From IMG/VR virus record IMGVR_UViG_3300021091_000012: a DNA stretch of 64,000 nt. The stretch is one strand, 5' to 3'. The notes beneath the pieces are model-generated. The model had not been told where the DNA came from. It searched no databases and was given only the letters and a program-made list of their open reading frames with translations. Origin of the DNA: a virus. Below are positions 8,578-18,712 of the stretch, piece by piece. Position numbers and translations under genes: made by a program. Position 1 is the first letter of the stretch. Each line of letters starts with the position of its first letter.

Positions 8578-8805
8578 TTATCTATAAGTATTAGCTCTCT
8601 GTATTATCTGTTTAATCTTCTCTAAGTATAGGATACCGTCATGCAACTCATCTTGTGCATGTCGAATCCACTCCTCCATTGATAGATCATTTCGGTCTAA
8701 GTCTGTTCCGTACTTATGTTTACCGAATTTTGCTCGGTCGACAAACCGTTCTATAACGGCTTGTACGACTGAGTCTGGTTTAAAATCCTCTTGATTAGTT
8801 ACCAT
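8578..8805 (-). CDS. phage protein, possible all-alpha (MazG-like) NTP pyrophosphatase
   Basis: G.HKYGT...W..HAQDELHD..LY acidic helix. Confidence 0.5.
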   Translation of the reverse strand: MVTNQEDFKPDSVVQAVIERFVDRAKFGKHKYGTDLDRNDLSMEEWIRHAQDELHDGILYLEKIKQIIQRANTYR

Positions 8806-9022
8806 AAACTTCTGGCGTTGTATCAGGAGCTACTACTTCAACGATTCGAGAAGTGCTTGCAGACACGATCTCAAATTCACTAGGACAATCTTCAAGAGCT
8901 TTGATAATTCTAGCCTCTGCTTCTGTTACAGACATTGCATCTACCAAGTAGCGCTGAGTTGTTTTTTTGATCTTTCCTTTGTCATCCTCGTGAGACATTT
9001 TTACTGAAACTGTAAAATACAT
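8795..9022 (-). CDS. DUF4494 family protein
   Basis: GKIKKTTQRYLVDAMSVTEAEARI pattern typical of Bacteroidota DUF4494. Confidence 0.75.
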   Translation of the reverse strand: MYFTVSVKMSHEDDKGKIKKTTQRYLVDAMSVTEAEARIIKALEDCPSEFEIVSASTSRIVEVVAPDTTPEVYGN

Positions 9023-9042
9023 ATTATTTGTTTTATTGATTA

Positions 9043-9960
9043 CTATACTAATATACTCTGTTTTTTTCTATATTGCAACAAAGCTAGTTCTTTTGCTTTA
9101 CACTCTAACATAATATCTACATCGAATCCAAAGGTTTCAATATCCTCGTAGATGTAATCAGCATGTGCTTGTATTTTAACTTTTACATCCTCATTAAGTC
9201 TTCGAGAAGAGGAGTAATGCACTACTGGTTTGATTCCTGCTGGCCATGTAGCAATAGCCCATTCTAACGCAGTCTTGTGTAACATTCCATCAGGATGGCA
9301 AGAGTGGTGATGAAAGTCAAATACTAATGGAACTCCCGTACGTTCGTGAATATATTGCAAATCAGCAATACTATACATACTCTCTTTGTCATCGTTCTCT
9401 AGTGTAATGCGCTTGCGAGTATTATCGTTAAGTCGTTGAAAGTTCTGTATCCATCTATCAACTGTACCCTCCTTATCACCATACGTAGCACCTACGTGTA
9501 TGTTAATCTTGTTGTATGGGCTAGGTTCGAATCCCATAAGGTCAAATATCTCTGAGTGGTTTTGCAAGTCCACAATAGTACGTTCTACTACTTCCGGCTT
9601 AGTTGATCCTAAGATGTTAAACGGACCTGGATGAAAGCTAAGACGTTGACCATCTTGAGTAACAAAGTCTCCAATCTCACTAAGCACTGACAATATCTCT
9701 GTATACTGAGGTAGTTGCTCTAACTTATATTCGCTTTGCCATGGAAAGATATCTGAACCTATACGATAGAGTTTGATTCCGTTAGCACTATTCCACTTGA
9801 CAATAGTAAGTAGATCTTTGATGTTTTGTAATCCTAACTCTCCTACGTAAGGTAATCCTTTCTCAAGGAATGTAGCTTTTCGACAAGTTCTACCAGCAAA
9901 GATGTCTTTCTTGCGGAGCTGCATATTAATGCATGCGTATCCTAAATTAGGTTGTGTCAT
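9043..9960 (-). CDS. uvsE: UV-damage endonuclease
   Basis: LGYACIN, RLSFHPGPF, INIHVG, LENDD, VFDFHHH, HYS, HAD, MLECKAKE. Confidence 0.95.
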   Translation of the reverse strand: MTQPNLGYACINMQLRKKDIFAGRTCRKATFLEKGLPYVGELGLQNIKDLLTIVKWNSANGIKLYRIGSDIFPWQSEYKLEQLPQYTEILSVLSEIGDFVTQDGQRLSFHPGPFNILGSTKPEVVERTIVDLQNHSEIFDLMGFEPSPYNKINIHVGATYGDKEGTVDRWIQNFQRLNDNTRKRITLENDDKESMYSIADLQYIHERTGVPLVFDFHHHSCHPDGMLHKTALEWAIATWPAGIKPVVHYSSSRRLNEDVKVKIQAHADYIYEDIETFGFDVDIMLECKAKELALLQYRKKQSILV

Positions 9961-9975
9961 ATCTTTTTGTTATGC

Positions 9976-10007
9976 CTAAAGATACTACAATGCAATCGAT
10001 TTTGCAA
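9976..10007 (-). promoter_or_regulatory. Bacteroidota sigma70-like promoter for uvsE
   Basis: TTG-N20-TATCTTTAG. Confidence 0.65.
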
Positions 10008-10010
10008 CAG

Positions 10011-10259
10011 TTATAGTGGAATTATTTTTGCTACTAATCCGTTTGTCAAAAGTAGATTTCTATATGCTTCTAGTTTTTCTCTATCTTTTGCTGGAAGACT
10101 TTTAACGATGTACTTGCCTTTGTTGTGTATCATCTCAGCACACTGGTGAGCTTGAGTTAAATGATATCCAAAAGTTGTAGATAGCAATTCAACTACAAAC
10201 TTTATATGATTAACCTCATCGTTATATACGAGAATACCTAATCTCTTACCACTTCCCAT
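10011..10259 (-). CDS. clpS: ATP-dependent Clp protease adaptor ClpS-like protein
   Basis: LVYNDEVNHIKFVV...QAHQCAEMIHNKGKYIVK; start reassigned to ATG 10259. Confidence 0.8.
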   Translation of the reverse strand: MGSGKRLGILVYNDEVNHIKFVVELLSTTFGYHLTQAHQCAEMIHNKGKYIVKSLPAKDREKLEAYRNLLLTNGLVAKIIPL

Positions 10260-10722
10260 CTGGACAGCTATCGTTTTTACTTCGAACCTTAGCACTTAAA
10301 GAACAGCCACATAGATTACACTTCATACCTTGAATGCTTTTAGTCTTGTTATCTACAATCACGCTATATGCACCAAACGACTTAGCATGCGAACAGCCAG
10401 CACAAATTTCAGCACGCTTAGTAGCCATCTCTTCTGTTTGCTTGTTTGGAAAGGCCAATCCAGCAAAGCCGTCAATAATGTTTGTAATCTTTATTTTATA
10501 TTCAGGATTTTTTTCCGACTTCTTTTTTTGTTTTCGTCTAAAGTATTTTGATATACTCTGGCCCTTAATCTCAAGCCACTCTAAAGCCGCTACAATTAAC
10601 ATTGCTGGTAACAAAAACCAAAACTTAAAGGTCTGATATCCTTTTTTACGTCGAGCTTTTCGTATATTAAGTATCTTTTCTACATTACGAACGCCTTTTA
10701 AAAAATATGTTCGAACACCCAT
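10246..10722 (-). CDS. membrane-anchored Cys-rich hypothetical protein
   Basis: TM segment; C-terminal RAEICAGC...CNLCGC...CP..KW. Confidence 0.65.
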   Translation of the reverse strand: MGVRTYFLKGVRNVEKILNIRKARRKKGYQTFKFWFLLPAMLIVAALEWLEIKGQSISKYFRRKQKKKSEKNPEYKIKITNIIDGFAGLAFPNKQTEEMATKRAEICAGCSHAKSFGAYSVIVDNKTKSIQGMKCNLCGCSLSAKVRSKNDSCPDGKW

Positions 10723-10723
10723 A

Positions 10724-11347
10724 TTATAGATTGTTTAGATTATCTAATATAGCCTTTTTTTCTTCATCCGACAACAGATCCAAGTCTGATAGAGCATCTA
10801 AAGTTTCTTGCTTTCCTTCAAATAGCTCAGAGGTATATTGTTCTGGTCTTTCTGTAGAATCTCTTAGTAGTGTTTTCTTTAAATCACCTACGTGAATAAA
10901 GTAGCAATTATAACATAGCACTTCTAAATTATCAAATTTGTGATTAGTCTTATCTCCATCTACATGATTCAATACTAGTGGAGTCTTTAAGTCTGTGGGT
11001 CTTTTTTGGTGAAATCCACAACTCTTACATTTCTCTTCAATGTATCCACTCTGCAGTAACCTTTTGAATAGTTTGTGAGCTGGATAGTTTGGATGCTTTC
11101 CAAGAACTATATCATCAACTTTGTGTCGAGAATCTGCTACTCTATTTTTGGTTACTCCAACTCCAGCTTGATTCTTGTGAGCGTCAAAAAGCGATACACC
11201 AAACCCATTTTTATAGGCTTTAGCATATCTCTTGTACATATTAAAGCTAACACGCAAGTACTCGGCAGCTGCCCTATTTGATCGTGTAACCTTCATCGCT
11301 GCTTCTATCTGAGATTGAAGCAACATTGTTGTTCTAAACTTTTTCAT
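10724..11347 (-). CDS. HNH endonuclease
   Basis: CKSCG...LNHVDGDKTNHKFDNLEVLCYNCY. Confidence 0.85.
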   Translation of the reverse strand: MKKFRTTMLLQSQIEAAMKVTRSNRAAAEYLRVSFNMYKRYAKAYKNGFGVSLFDAHKNQAGVGVTKNRVADSRHKVDDIVLGKHPNYPAHKLFKRLLQSGYIEEKCKSCGFHQKRPTDLKTPLVLNHVDGDKTNHKFDNLEVLCYNCYFIHVGDLKKTLLRDSTERPEQYTSELFEGKQETLDALSDLDLLSDEEKKAILDNLNNL

Positions 11348-11349
11348 AA

Positions 11350-11826
11350 CTATAATTTTGTAATCAACTGCTTAATGCTGATACATTTTTCGTATGCTTC
11401 TATGTCAATAAAGTGTTGCAATGCCTGTTCTAGTCCACTCTTCCAATGTACTTTTTTAGAAGTCATATACACACCAGTGCCATTCAACTCAAATAATCGA
11501 ATTTCACCTCGATTAATGTGAACACCCTCTTTTACAGCTTGTAGGATTCTATCGTAAACAAAGTCCTTATTATCTTCGAAGTATTTTACAGCTTCTTCTT
11601 CATCTAGTACTGGTATCACAGGAATCTCTGAAAACTTGAACTCTTCTATACTTGGTTCAATGATCTCAATATCTAGTGCATTGTATAGATCAGCTAGCTT
11701 CCATACAACCTCATCACGCTTTGCAACACCGTCAACAGACTCTTTATGAATACAGTTGCCACTGTCCACAACAGCAATTACATAGAATTGCTTTTTGGTT
11801 GCAGATTTGGTCACTACTATTTTCAT
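11350..11826 (-). CDS. hypothetical protein with UVR-like C-terminal helix
   Basis: Ends ALQHFIDIEAYEKCISIKQL; start set at MKIVVTKS. Confidence 0.65.
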   Translation of the reverse strand: MKIVVTKSATKKQFYVIAVVDSGNCIHKESVDGVAKRDEVVWKLADLYNALDIEIIEPSIEEFKFSEIPVIPVLDEEEAVKYFEDNKDFVYDRILQAVKEGVHINRGEIRLFELNGTGVYMTSKKVHWKSGLEQALQHFIDIEAYEKCISIKQLITKL

Positions 11827-11856
11827 TATCATCTGTTTACAATAAATAGTCACATA

Positions 11857-12012
11857 CTAGCGGCTCACAGCATAAATTGTGAGGAAGGTTTTAAGATCCA
11901 TACTCTTCGTGGTAGCAAACTGCTTTGCAGCTGCTAATCGAGATAATGCTACCAGTTTGCTAATTGGTTCTTTTGTTTTGTCATTTCTCGAGTAGAAGTA
12001 ATAGCTTTTCAT
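11857..12012 (-). CDS. small hypothetical protein, 51 aa (MKSYYFYSRNDKTKEPI...)
   Basis: Manual translation; ATGA overlap with 12009..12254. Confidence 0.6.
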   Translation of the reverse strand: MKSYYFYSRNDKTKEPISKLVALSRLAAAKQFATTKSMDLKTFLTIYAVSR

Positions 12013-12254
12013 TTTATTCTTACTTTAAGTTTTTGTATCGCGGTAAGGAACTCTTCCACCGTGAATGTAGCTTTTGACATATCTGTAGCAATCTTAACGA
12101 GTGACAATAGTTCTGGTTCTCTGTCCACAATCTTCATTAAAGTAGTCAGTGCAGTACCCGCCCAAAAAGTTCCAAAAGAAGTTTCTCCAAGTAGATTCGC
12201 TTCATTAAGCGTATCCTCTTCTGTATCACCTGGCATCATCAAAAAGAATTGCAT
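12009..12254 (-). CDS. hypothetical protein
   Basis: ORF in array. Confidence 0.65.
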   Translation of the reverse strand: MQFFLMMPGDTEEDTLNEANLLGETSFGTFWAGTALTTLMKIVDREPELLSLVKIATDMSKATFTVEEFLTAIQKLKVRIK

Positions 12255-13468
12255 ATAGTCAAGTTTTGTTGATACTCTTCCATGCTATAAATATGGACGT
12301 TAAAAGCATCTAAAGTGAACTGACCAATCTCCCCATTATCCTTTATGATCTGAGAGAGTTGTTCTATATACGAGCTATTGTGGTTTCCTATTTGCCTTGC
12401 ATCGAACTCTACTACTATATCGTTTTCTCCATGCGGATCGTTATGGCCTATGCAAAATACCCTTTTTGTAAGATCAAACTTAGTATTAGGTTGCTCTTGT
12501 TCTAGATAGCTAGTAGTTAGCACACCCATATCATCTTCTATATATATTCTATCACACCAAGGTTCTAGAACGCTTAACATATGTAAATTACAATTGTGTA
12601 CAACAAATGCAATGTTATACTTTGGTGGTACAATAGGCATTAGTAGATTATCATGCAGTACATTACAACCCCACTTTCTCCACCACTCACGAAACTTGAT
12701 GGCTCGTAGTGCTTTATACTCTTCTGAGTCTTTTGGCTTGTACCAAATAGTTCCATCAGGTAGAGGTATTTCAGCTTCAATCTCAATGCCATCTTTGAAT
12801 CTACTTCCTCTACAAGTCATATGATATACAAAGGAATCTCGAGACTGAATGAGTGAGTATCCAGCTAAATGCATTCTGTTGAATATGTCCGAGTCTTCTA
12901 GTTCCATTGGTGCAAATAGTGGATCATGTCCTCCTATGGCTTGGAAGTCTTCTTTGTACATACACCACGGAGCAAATATACCATTAGTAGTCTTACCCTC
13001 ATCAAGATCTTCAAGTACAGCTACCTCCGCTGCAAACTCATCCTTTTTAAACTCTTCAGGTTCAAATCCATAAGCTCTAACGTGCTTCTCTGGACCTGGC
13101 GGATGTAATGGTGGTTCTATTCTAGTAGCTGCTACTACTGACTTCTTTGTTAGGTGTTTGAGTAGGTTAGGTATATGATTAGGAGTTGTAATCATATCTG
13201 CATGAAAGATTGTAAACACTTCTGTACGACTCAACTCTACTCCCTTGTCATACAGTATTGTATGTCCTACCCTCTCAGGTCCTTCATTTCTGTATTTGAT
13301 AATATGATCACCTTGCAGTGACTGTATCCATTCCCATGTGCCATCATCTGATGCATCGTCAAGTAGAACAATGTCGTGATTAGTATGATAACAATCGTGA
13401 ATTGAGTTTACAGCCTGGTGTAGATACTTTAGATTGTTTCGTGAAGGAATGATAAAACTTATTCGCAT
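12239..13468 (-). CDS. glycosyltransferase family 2
   Basis: ISFIIPSRN, LDDASDDGT, FHAD, GGHD...EDSD. Confidence 0.9.
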   Translation of the reverse strand: MRISFIIPSRNNLKYLHQAVNSIHDCYHTNHDIVLLDDASDDGTWEWIQSLQGDHIIKYRNEGPERVGHTILYDKGVELSRTEVFTIFHADMITTPNHIPNLLKHLTKKSVVAATRIEPPLHPPGPEKHVRAYGFEPEEFKKDEFAAEVAVLEDLDEGKTTNGIFAPWCMYKEDFQAIGGHDPLFAPMELEDSDIFNRMHLAGYSLIQSRDSFVYHMTCRGSRFKDGIEIEAEIPLPDGTIWYKPKDSEEYKALRAIKFREWWRKWGCNVLHDNLLMPIVPPKYNIAFVVHNCNLHMLSVLEPWCDRIYIEDDMGVLTTSYLEQEQPNTKFDLTKRVFCIGHNDPHGENDIVVEFDARQIGNHNSSYIEQLSQIIKDNGEIGQFTLDAFNVHIYSMEEYQQNLTICNSF

Positions 13469-13470
13469 AT

Positions 13471-14145
13471 TTATTTTGTTATAAACCAATGCACTCCGTT
13501 TGGATGCACTTCTAAATTCAATTCATGTTGTTTTGTAAAATCTTGAACAGCATCTTTAACTCCTGTACAAGTCCAATCGTCTCCGAAGATTATACCACCC
13601 TTTCTAGCTAACGGATAGAAGTTTGTTAAGTCTAATATCACATCCCAATATTCATGGCTACCATCAATATAGATCATATCAGCCTCAAGTTGATTGCTTT
13701 CAAAAACTCTTTGTAGGATTGACGCTGCTGTTACTGATGGATAAGCAAATGGAACGATAGTCTTATCCATCTGAGCATAACACATATTAGCTAAAAAGTT
13801 GTAATAAAATGTAGGATATCCGTTTTTTCTTTTAATCCGACTTTTAGGATCAAAAGTTGCTTCTTGCCAATGATCAGCACCACCCATCCAACTATCGACA
13901 CAAATTGTTACACCATCTGGATTTAGTTCTTTCATTTTAGATGACATTCCCCACGCACTCCATCCTAGAAAAGATCCTACCTCAACAATGAGGGAGGGTT
14001 TAACTTGACTGACAATGCTTTGAAGCAGTTCATTAGCAGGCATGGATCCTGGTGATAGTGTATTTTCATACTGCAAGTGATCAAAGTTCTCGTAAAGATC
14101 CAAAGAACCGTGTAGTAGATTTTTTATTTTTTCAAATTGACTCAT
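13471..14145 (-). CDS. class I SAM-dependent (O-)methyltransferase, Methyltransf_24-like
   Basis: IVEVGSFLGWS, DMIYIDGSHEY, GGIIFGDD. Confidence 0.9.
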   Translation of the reverse strand: MSQFEKIKNLLHGSLDLYENFDHLQYENTLSPGSMPANELLQSIVSQVKPSLIVEVGSFLGWSAWGMSSKMKELNPDGVTICVDSWMGGADHWQEATFDPKSRIKRKNGYPTFYYNFLANMCYAQMDKTIVPFAYPSVTAASILQRVFESNQLEADMIYIDGSHEYWDVILDLTNFYPLARKGGIIFGDDWTCTGVKDAVQDFTKQHELNLEVHPNGVHWFITK

Positions 14146-14153
14146 AGCTGTGT

Positions 14154-15134
14154 TTATTTAGTTAATAGGTTTGTCCAGTGTTCTATCATTTCGTCCATCA
14201 TACTTTCAAATGTATAGGTAGGTGTCCAACCCAACTCAGTTCGGATTCTTGTAGAATCTCCTTTGAGATATGGAAGTTCTTCGGGACGTAAAAATTTGTT
14301 ATTTTGTACGACGTATTGGTTGTAGTCTAATCCCAACTTAGTAAATACGTATTCACACATATCTCTTACTGATCGTGTCTCACCAGTTGCTACAACCCAA
14401 TCACCTGGTTCTTCTTGCTGTAAAATCAAGTGCATAGCTCGAACGTAATCGTAGGAATGACCCCAATCGCGATATGAGTCCATGTTACCTAACTCGAGTT
14501 TATCTTTGAGTCCTAACTTTATCTCAACCGCAGTCTTTACTACTTTGTTGGTTACAAAATTCGAACCTCGCCTTGGTGACTCGTGATTAAAGAGTATTCC
14601 ATTTGAGGCATGAAGCTTATAGGCATTTCTATAGTTACGAATAATATTGAACCCAAAAACCTTTGCGCATCCGTACGGTGATACGGGACTCATCTTTGTT
14701 GTCTCTCTCTGATATCCATCCTCATCTACAGAACTACCAAACATTTCAGAAGACGATGCCTGATATATCTTTGCATCTGGGCAGACTATTCTACACGCTT
14801 CAAGAAGGTTGAGAACTCCTATTGAGTTAGTTTGTACTGTGAATTGTGGAATATCGTAACTAATCCTCACATGAGATTGAGCTGCTAGGTTGTAAACCTC
14901 GTCAGGTTGAAATTCTCTAAGTGCTCTTTCAATTGATGATTGATCTAATAAATCTCCATACACAAGATTAACTCCCTCCAACTGATCAATTCTGCTTCTT
15001 TGATGCTCTACAGTTGAGTTTCTTCTAATGATTCCGGAAACTTCATAACCCAACGACAGTAGGTACTCTGCTAAGTAGCTTCCATCTTGTCCCGCTATTC
15101 CAGTTATAAAAGCCTTTTTTTTGTTATTTTTCAT
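14154..15134 (-). CDS. gmd: GDP-mannose 4,6-dehydratase (or GDP-heptose dehydratase)
   Basis: AFITGIAGQDGSYLAE, YNLAAQSHV, YQASSSEMFG, SPYGCAK, ILFNHESPRRG. Confidence 0.93.
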   Translation of the reverse strand: MKNNKKKAFITGIAGQDGSYLAEYLLSLGYEVSGIIRRNSTVEHQRSRIDQLEGVNLVYGDLLDQSSIERALREFQPDEVYNLAAQSHVRISYDIPQFTVQTNSIGVLNLLEACRIVCPDAKIYQASSSEMFGSSVDEDGYQRETTKMSPVSPYGCAKVFGFNIIRNYRNAYKLHASNGILFNHESPRRGSNFVTNKVVKTAVEIKLGLKDKLELGNMDSYRDWGHSYDYVRAMHLILQQEEPGDWVVATGETRSVRDMCEYVFTKLGLDYNQYVVQNNKFLRPEELPYLKGDSTRIRTELGWTPTYTFESMMDEMIEHWTNLLTK

Positions 15135-15717
15135 TTAATATTGTTTGGTTATTTAATTCAATATAGCAAGATTTTTGCATATTTTCAACAAAACTTTTTA
15201 TAGATTGAGCTACTTGGTTTGGATCCAAGCACTCCTTCCGATTAACTACTACTCCATCTAGCATAGGTGTATTCACCTTACTAGGATGTACTAGGCCTAG
15301 TATCAGGTTAGTGTCTGCTGTTGATTCAGCTGCACCTTCAAACATATTGTGTAAAGCAGCTTTTGATGCAGCGTATAGAATGTAATCGCGTCTTCCACTC
15401 CTATATGCACTAGATCCGATCATTATAAACTTTACCACTTTAGTAGGTGGGTTGTTTTTGTAGAATCTAATTATATTCCAGTTTGATCTTACATTAACAT
15501 TGAACATTAAATCAAACTCAGAAGTATTATCACCAAAGTAGCCAGCGGCATTAATCACTATATCAGGATCATTTTGTGCTACTATGGTCGCTGGATCTTC
15601 AGAAGATAGATCGAGTACGGATCTTGGTAATTCTACTACACGATCTTCAGGAAAGGATTGGACAATAGCGGAACCTATACCACCAGAAGAACCAAAGACT
15701 AAAATAGTACGGCTCAT
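15124..15717 (-). CDS. short-chain dehydrogenase/reductase
   Basis: GSSGGIG, INAAG, YAASK. Confidence 0.85.
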   Translation of the reverse strand: MSRTILVFGSSGGIGSAIVQSFPEDRVVELPRSVLDLSSEDPATIVAQNDPDIVINAAGYFGDNTSEFDLMFNVNVRSNWNIIRFYKNNPPTKVVKFIMIGSSAYRSGRRDYILYAASKAALHNMFEGAAESTADTNLILGLVHPSKVNTPMLDGVVVNRKECLDPNQVAQSIKSFVENMQKSCYIELNNQTILNEK

Positions 15718-16121
15718 TCTCTAATGATGCTAGGTACTCGGAAAGTATCTGACTCATAATCCATACCTCCGCGTACACCCTCCGAAAACACAATAAACTC
15801 ATTACCTTCCTGAGTTATCTTTAGCGCATGAATTTCTAAAGGAGGTGTAGATACTAGATCGCCAACAGTTGCAAGATACATTTGAGCCGGTTCATCTGAA
15901 TCAACTTGCTTGTACCAATATTCTAAAGATCCCTTTGTTATTAGAATGTGCTGAGTTGTTTCTTTATGATAGTGATTACCCCTCACTGCGTTGGGCTCTG
16001 AGTTGATGATTGCTACGTGGTTGATTGTTGTGCCATAAAATACATCTGCAATCACTCCACGATCATCTGCATGGACTTCTAAAGGCGGGTTTTGTTGAGT
16101 GTAAATGTTAATTACTTTCAT
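15714..16121 (-). CDS. cupin-fold NDP-sugar isomerase/epimerase
   Basis: HADDRG, RGNHYHK, EIHA. Confidence 0.8.
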   Translation of the reverse strand: MKVINIYTQQNPPLEVHADDRGVIADVFYGTTINHVAIINSEPNAVRGNHYHKETTQHILITKGSLEYWYKQVDSDEPAQMYLATVGDLVSTPPLEIHALKITQEGNEFIVFSEGVRGGMDYESDTFRVPSIIRE

Positions 16122-17359
16122 AGAGTAAGAAATTTAATATTAGGGTTTATATTGAGTAGTATGTCTTTGAGGTCGTTTGAAATATTCCATGACAGTATAA
16201 GCGCATACGCTTTTGGGTATTGAGCAAATACTTCATCACCAACAATTGGTATTCTTGTAAGTGGTGTATACTTTCCTTGTTTATGCTCCGAACTATCAGT
16301 AACATAGTCTAACACTGAACTATCTAGATTGTAGAAGTTCAAGAAGGTATTAGCCTTTGCAGCAGCACCTACTCCTATAATAGGGACTTCTGGTTCGAGG
16401 TACTTTATTGTATAGAGTTTACCTAAAAACTTATCACGCGATCTTACTAAATCAGCTTGCCATTGACGATAGGTGTCTGGATCAAATAAACCCATGCTAG
16501 TCTCCTCTTTGATAGTACGTTGTACTTTATCAACCATAACGATATCTTGTTTTGCTTTTTTAGCAAATACGCGAATAGATCCTCCATGATAATCCACCAC
16601 TTCAAAATCAACCAAGTTTAGACCAGCTTTTGCGAGCAAATTAAAAGATGATTTAATGGTAAAGTAACTAACATGCTCATGATACACTTGATCAAATTTG
16701 CCAGATTCCACAGAACACTTCCAGTATGGTAATTCAAAAACAAACACACCATTATCATCTAATAGGTTTGCAATACCAACAGCAAAGTCAACTGGATTGT
16801 TTGAGTGATTAAACACATTGTTTGCTATGATAAGACTTGCCTTGCCATAACCTTCTAACAACTCCGCAGCTGTATCACTATTAAAAACGCTATTAACCGT
16901 GGTAAGTCCCTTCTCCTCAGCAATTTTACACATAAGAGCTGACGAATCAACTCCTACTACGGTGTTACCGTCTTGTAAAAACTGATATGCTAAGTAACCG
17001 TCGTTTGATCCAATTTCAACTACCAAAGAGTCAGACACTCCTAAAGTCTGCTTTAGTTGCTTATAGTAGGCGTCCCAATGTGCTTTTGCAAATTTTGAAT
17101 TTGATGAAGTATAAGAATAAGTGTACAAATTGTATCTATCATAATCATGCGTCATGTATCCCAACTGAACTTGCCCTGAATCACTATTAAGATAACATTG
17201 TAATGGAAAAACTGGCTCAGTTAACCCAAGCATTTGTTTAGGTATAAAAGTATCTGCATAAGGATGCATGCCTAGATCTAAAATCTTGGTTACCGGTTTG
17301 TTGCTTATTAAGCATCGACGTGTTTCACTCGATGTGCTGCTTGTCGGTTTCTTGTCCAT
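16118..17359 (-). CDS. NDP-hexose C-methyltransferase (Methyltransf_13/14 architecture)
   Basis: LDLGMHPYAD, VEIGSNDG, ANNVFNH, YHEHVSYF, HGGSIR, GAAAKANT, KQGKYTP. Confidence 0.9.
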   Translation of the reverse strand: MDKKPTSSTSSETRRCLISNKPVTKILDLGMHPYADTFIPKQMLGLTEPVFPLQCYLNSDSGQVQLGYMTHDYDRYNLYTYSYTSSNSKFAKAHWDAYYKQLKQTLGVSDSLVVEIGSNDGYLAYQFLQDGNTVVGVDSSALMCKIAEEKGLTTVNSVFNSDTAAELLEGYGKASLIIANNVFNHSNNPVDFAVGIANLLDDNGVFVFELPYWKCSVESGKFDQVYHEHVSYFTIKSSFNLLAKAGLNLVDFEVVDYHGGSIRVFAKKAKQDIVMVDKVQRTIKEETSMGLFDPDTYRQWQADLVRSRDKFLGKLYTIKYLEPEVPIIGVGAAAKANTFLNFYNLDSSVLDYVTDSSEHKQGKYTPLTRIPIVGDEVFAQYPKAYALILSWNISNDLKDILLNINPNIKFLTL

Positions 17360-17735
17360 AGTATGGTCCTGTTTTGATTTCATATAAGATTGTATCTTCT
17401 TTTAGCGTAGTTAGCTTATGTCCACCTCGAAACAAAACAACACTATCACCTTGATTGAAAATTACTCGTTCAATAAGTCGATCATCTAGATCGTAAAAGC
17501 AGCCCTCTACGCTACCTTGCAAGATAATCCATGCCTCTTGGGTAATTTTTGTCTCCCGCAAAAAGGGTATATGTTTATGTGCTTTTATTGTTGTGTTGTT
17601 AGCAATACTCCTAGCACTTAGCTGCAAGTACTCCGTATCTGGACTTGCATCTGTTCTGTAGCTCGTTATGTCTTCTCGGCGAATAACTGAGTATAGTAGC
17701 TTTGTAGGTTCAATTTTTGAAAACTGCTGTCTCAT
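17325..17735 (-). CDS. WbuC-like cupin metalloprotein
   Basis: AHKH, TQEAWIILQG, GGH, EIKTGPY. Confidence 0.75.
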   Translation of the reverse strand: MRQQFSKIEPTKLLYSVIRREDITSYRTDASPDTEYLQLSARSIANNTTIKAHKHIPFLRETKITQEAWIILQGSVEGCFYDLDDRLIERVIFNQGDSVVLFRGGHKLTTLKEDTILYEIKTGPYYGQETDKQHIE

Positions 17736-18712
17736 AGTGGTTGCTGGAATTGTTTTAGTATAGTAGCCACATCAGCAGGCTTATAATCTTCATCAATCTC
17801 CTGCATGAGCTTATCCCACTGATGGTAGTTGGTATTAGTATTCCATAACCTACGTTGAGCTCGTAACTTCATCTGCTGATAGGCTTGTGTATTTGTGTTG
17901 TAGAATTTTATTTTATCAACAGCCTCTTCAGTGGTATTAAACTGAATAAACTCCTTGTCAGGTTCGTAGTATTCCTCTATATTGGGAAAAGGCTCACCCA
18001 CTATGACCGAGTAATATCCAATTTCAGCAATACGACCTTTTTTTTGCCTAAACTGACCGTCAGAGGCTTTAGTAAACGAAAGTGAAAATTTAGATCGGTT
18101 CCATAGTTCTAAAAGTTGCGCATACATTACTCTATTTGCTATACTCACCTGCACTCCCTGATCACAAAACTGTTGAATAAGTGCTGGCCGCTCTCCGTAT
18201 AAACTTCCTCCATGACTTATGAGTATGTCTTTCTCAGCGTAGGAATCTACGAGCATTGTGTTTGGATTAAAAGCACATCGCATTGTGTGTATCTGGTTCT
18301 CGCTCAAGCCATCTCTCTTGTACCAGTCTATTAGATCTCGACATCGAGTACCTACTGCTGCTTCCTTATCACCCTGTAAAGTGATAACTCCATCTACAAA
18401 CGGAATCCAATGTCGTGCAAACGAATCATATCTCCAGTCGTCATCCGACTGTATGACATAGACTTGAGTAAACTCTCGAAGTCTTAAAAATTCGGGATGC
18501 AAAGCCTCGTAGCATGCATGTAGTATGAAGTCGGGTTTATAAGCTTTCATATCCTGGTAAAAGCTTTCTGCATTATAATTCTCATAAGGATAATATATAA
18601 CATCATAACCTAAACCCTCAAGAGTCCCATACCAAAAATTAACCGCAGGACTATACTCTACCTGACCATAGTTGTTTTCATACTCTTTAAATAACCAAAC
18701 TATTTTTTTCAT
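17732..18712 (-). CDS. glycosyltransferase (GT-B, CgeB/Glyco_trans_1_2-like)
   Basis: SDDDWR; C-terminal KGRIAEI...IEEYYEPDKEFI..EEAVDKIKFY. Confidence 0.8.
   Translation of the reverse strand: MKKIVWLFKEYENNYGQVEYSPAVNFWYGTLEGLGYDVIYYPYENYNAESFYQDMKAYKPDFILHACYEALHPEFLRLREFTQVYVIQSDDDWRYDSFARHWIPFVDGVITLQGDKEAAVGTRCRDLIDWYKRDGLSENQIHTMRCAFNPNTMLVDSYAEKDILISHGGSLYGERPALIQQFCDQGVQVSIANRVMYAQLLELWNRSKFSLSFTKASDGQFRQKKGRIAEIGYYSVIVGEPFPNIEEYYEPDKEFIQFNTTEEAVDKIKFYNTNTQAYQQMKLRAQRRLWNTNTNYHQWDKLMQEIDEDYKPADVATILKQFQQPL

Noticed and set aside
10724-11347. HNH gene as part of an intron
   Set aside because: Free-standing between intact ORFs with no interrupted gene on either side
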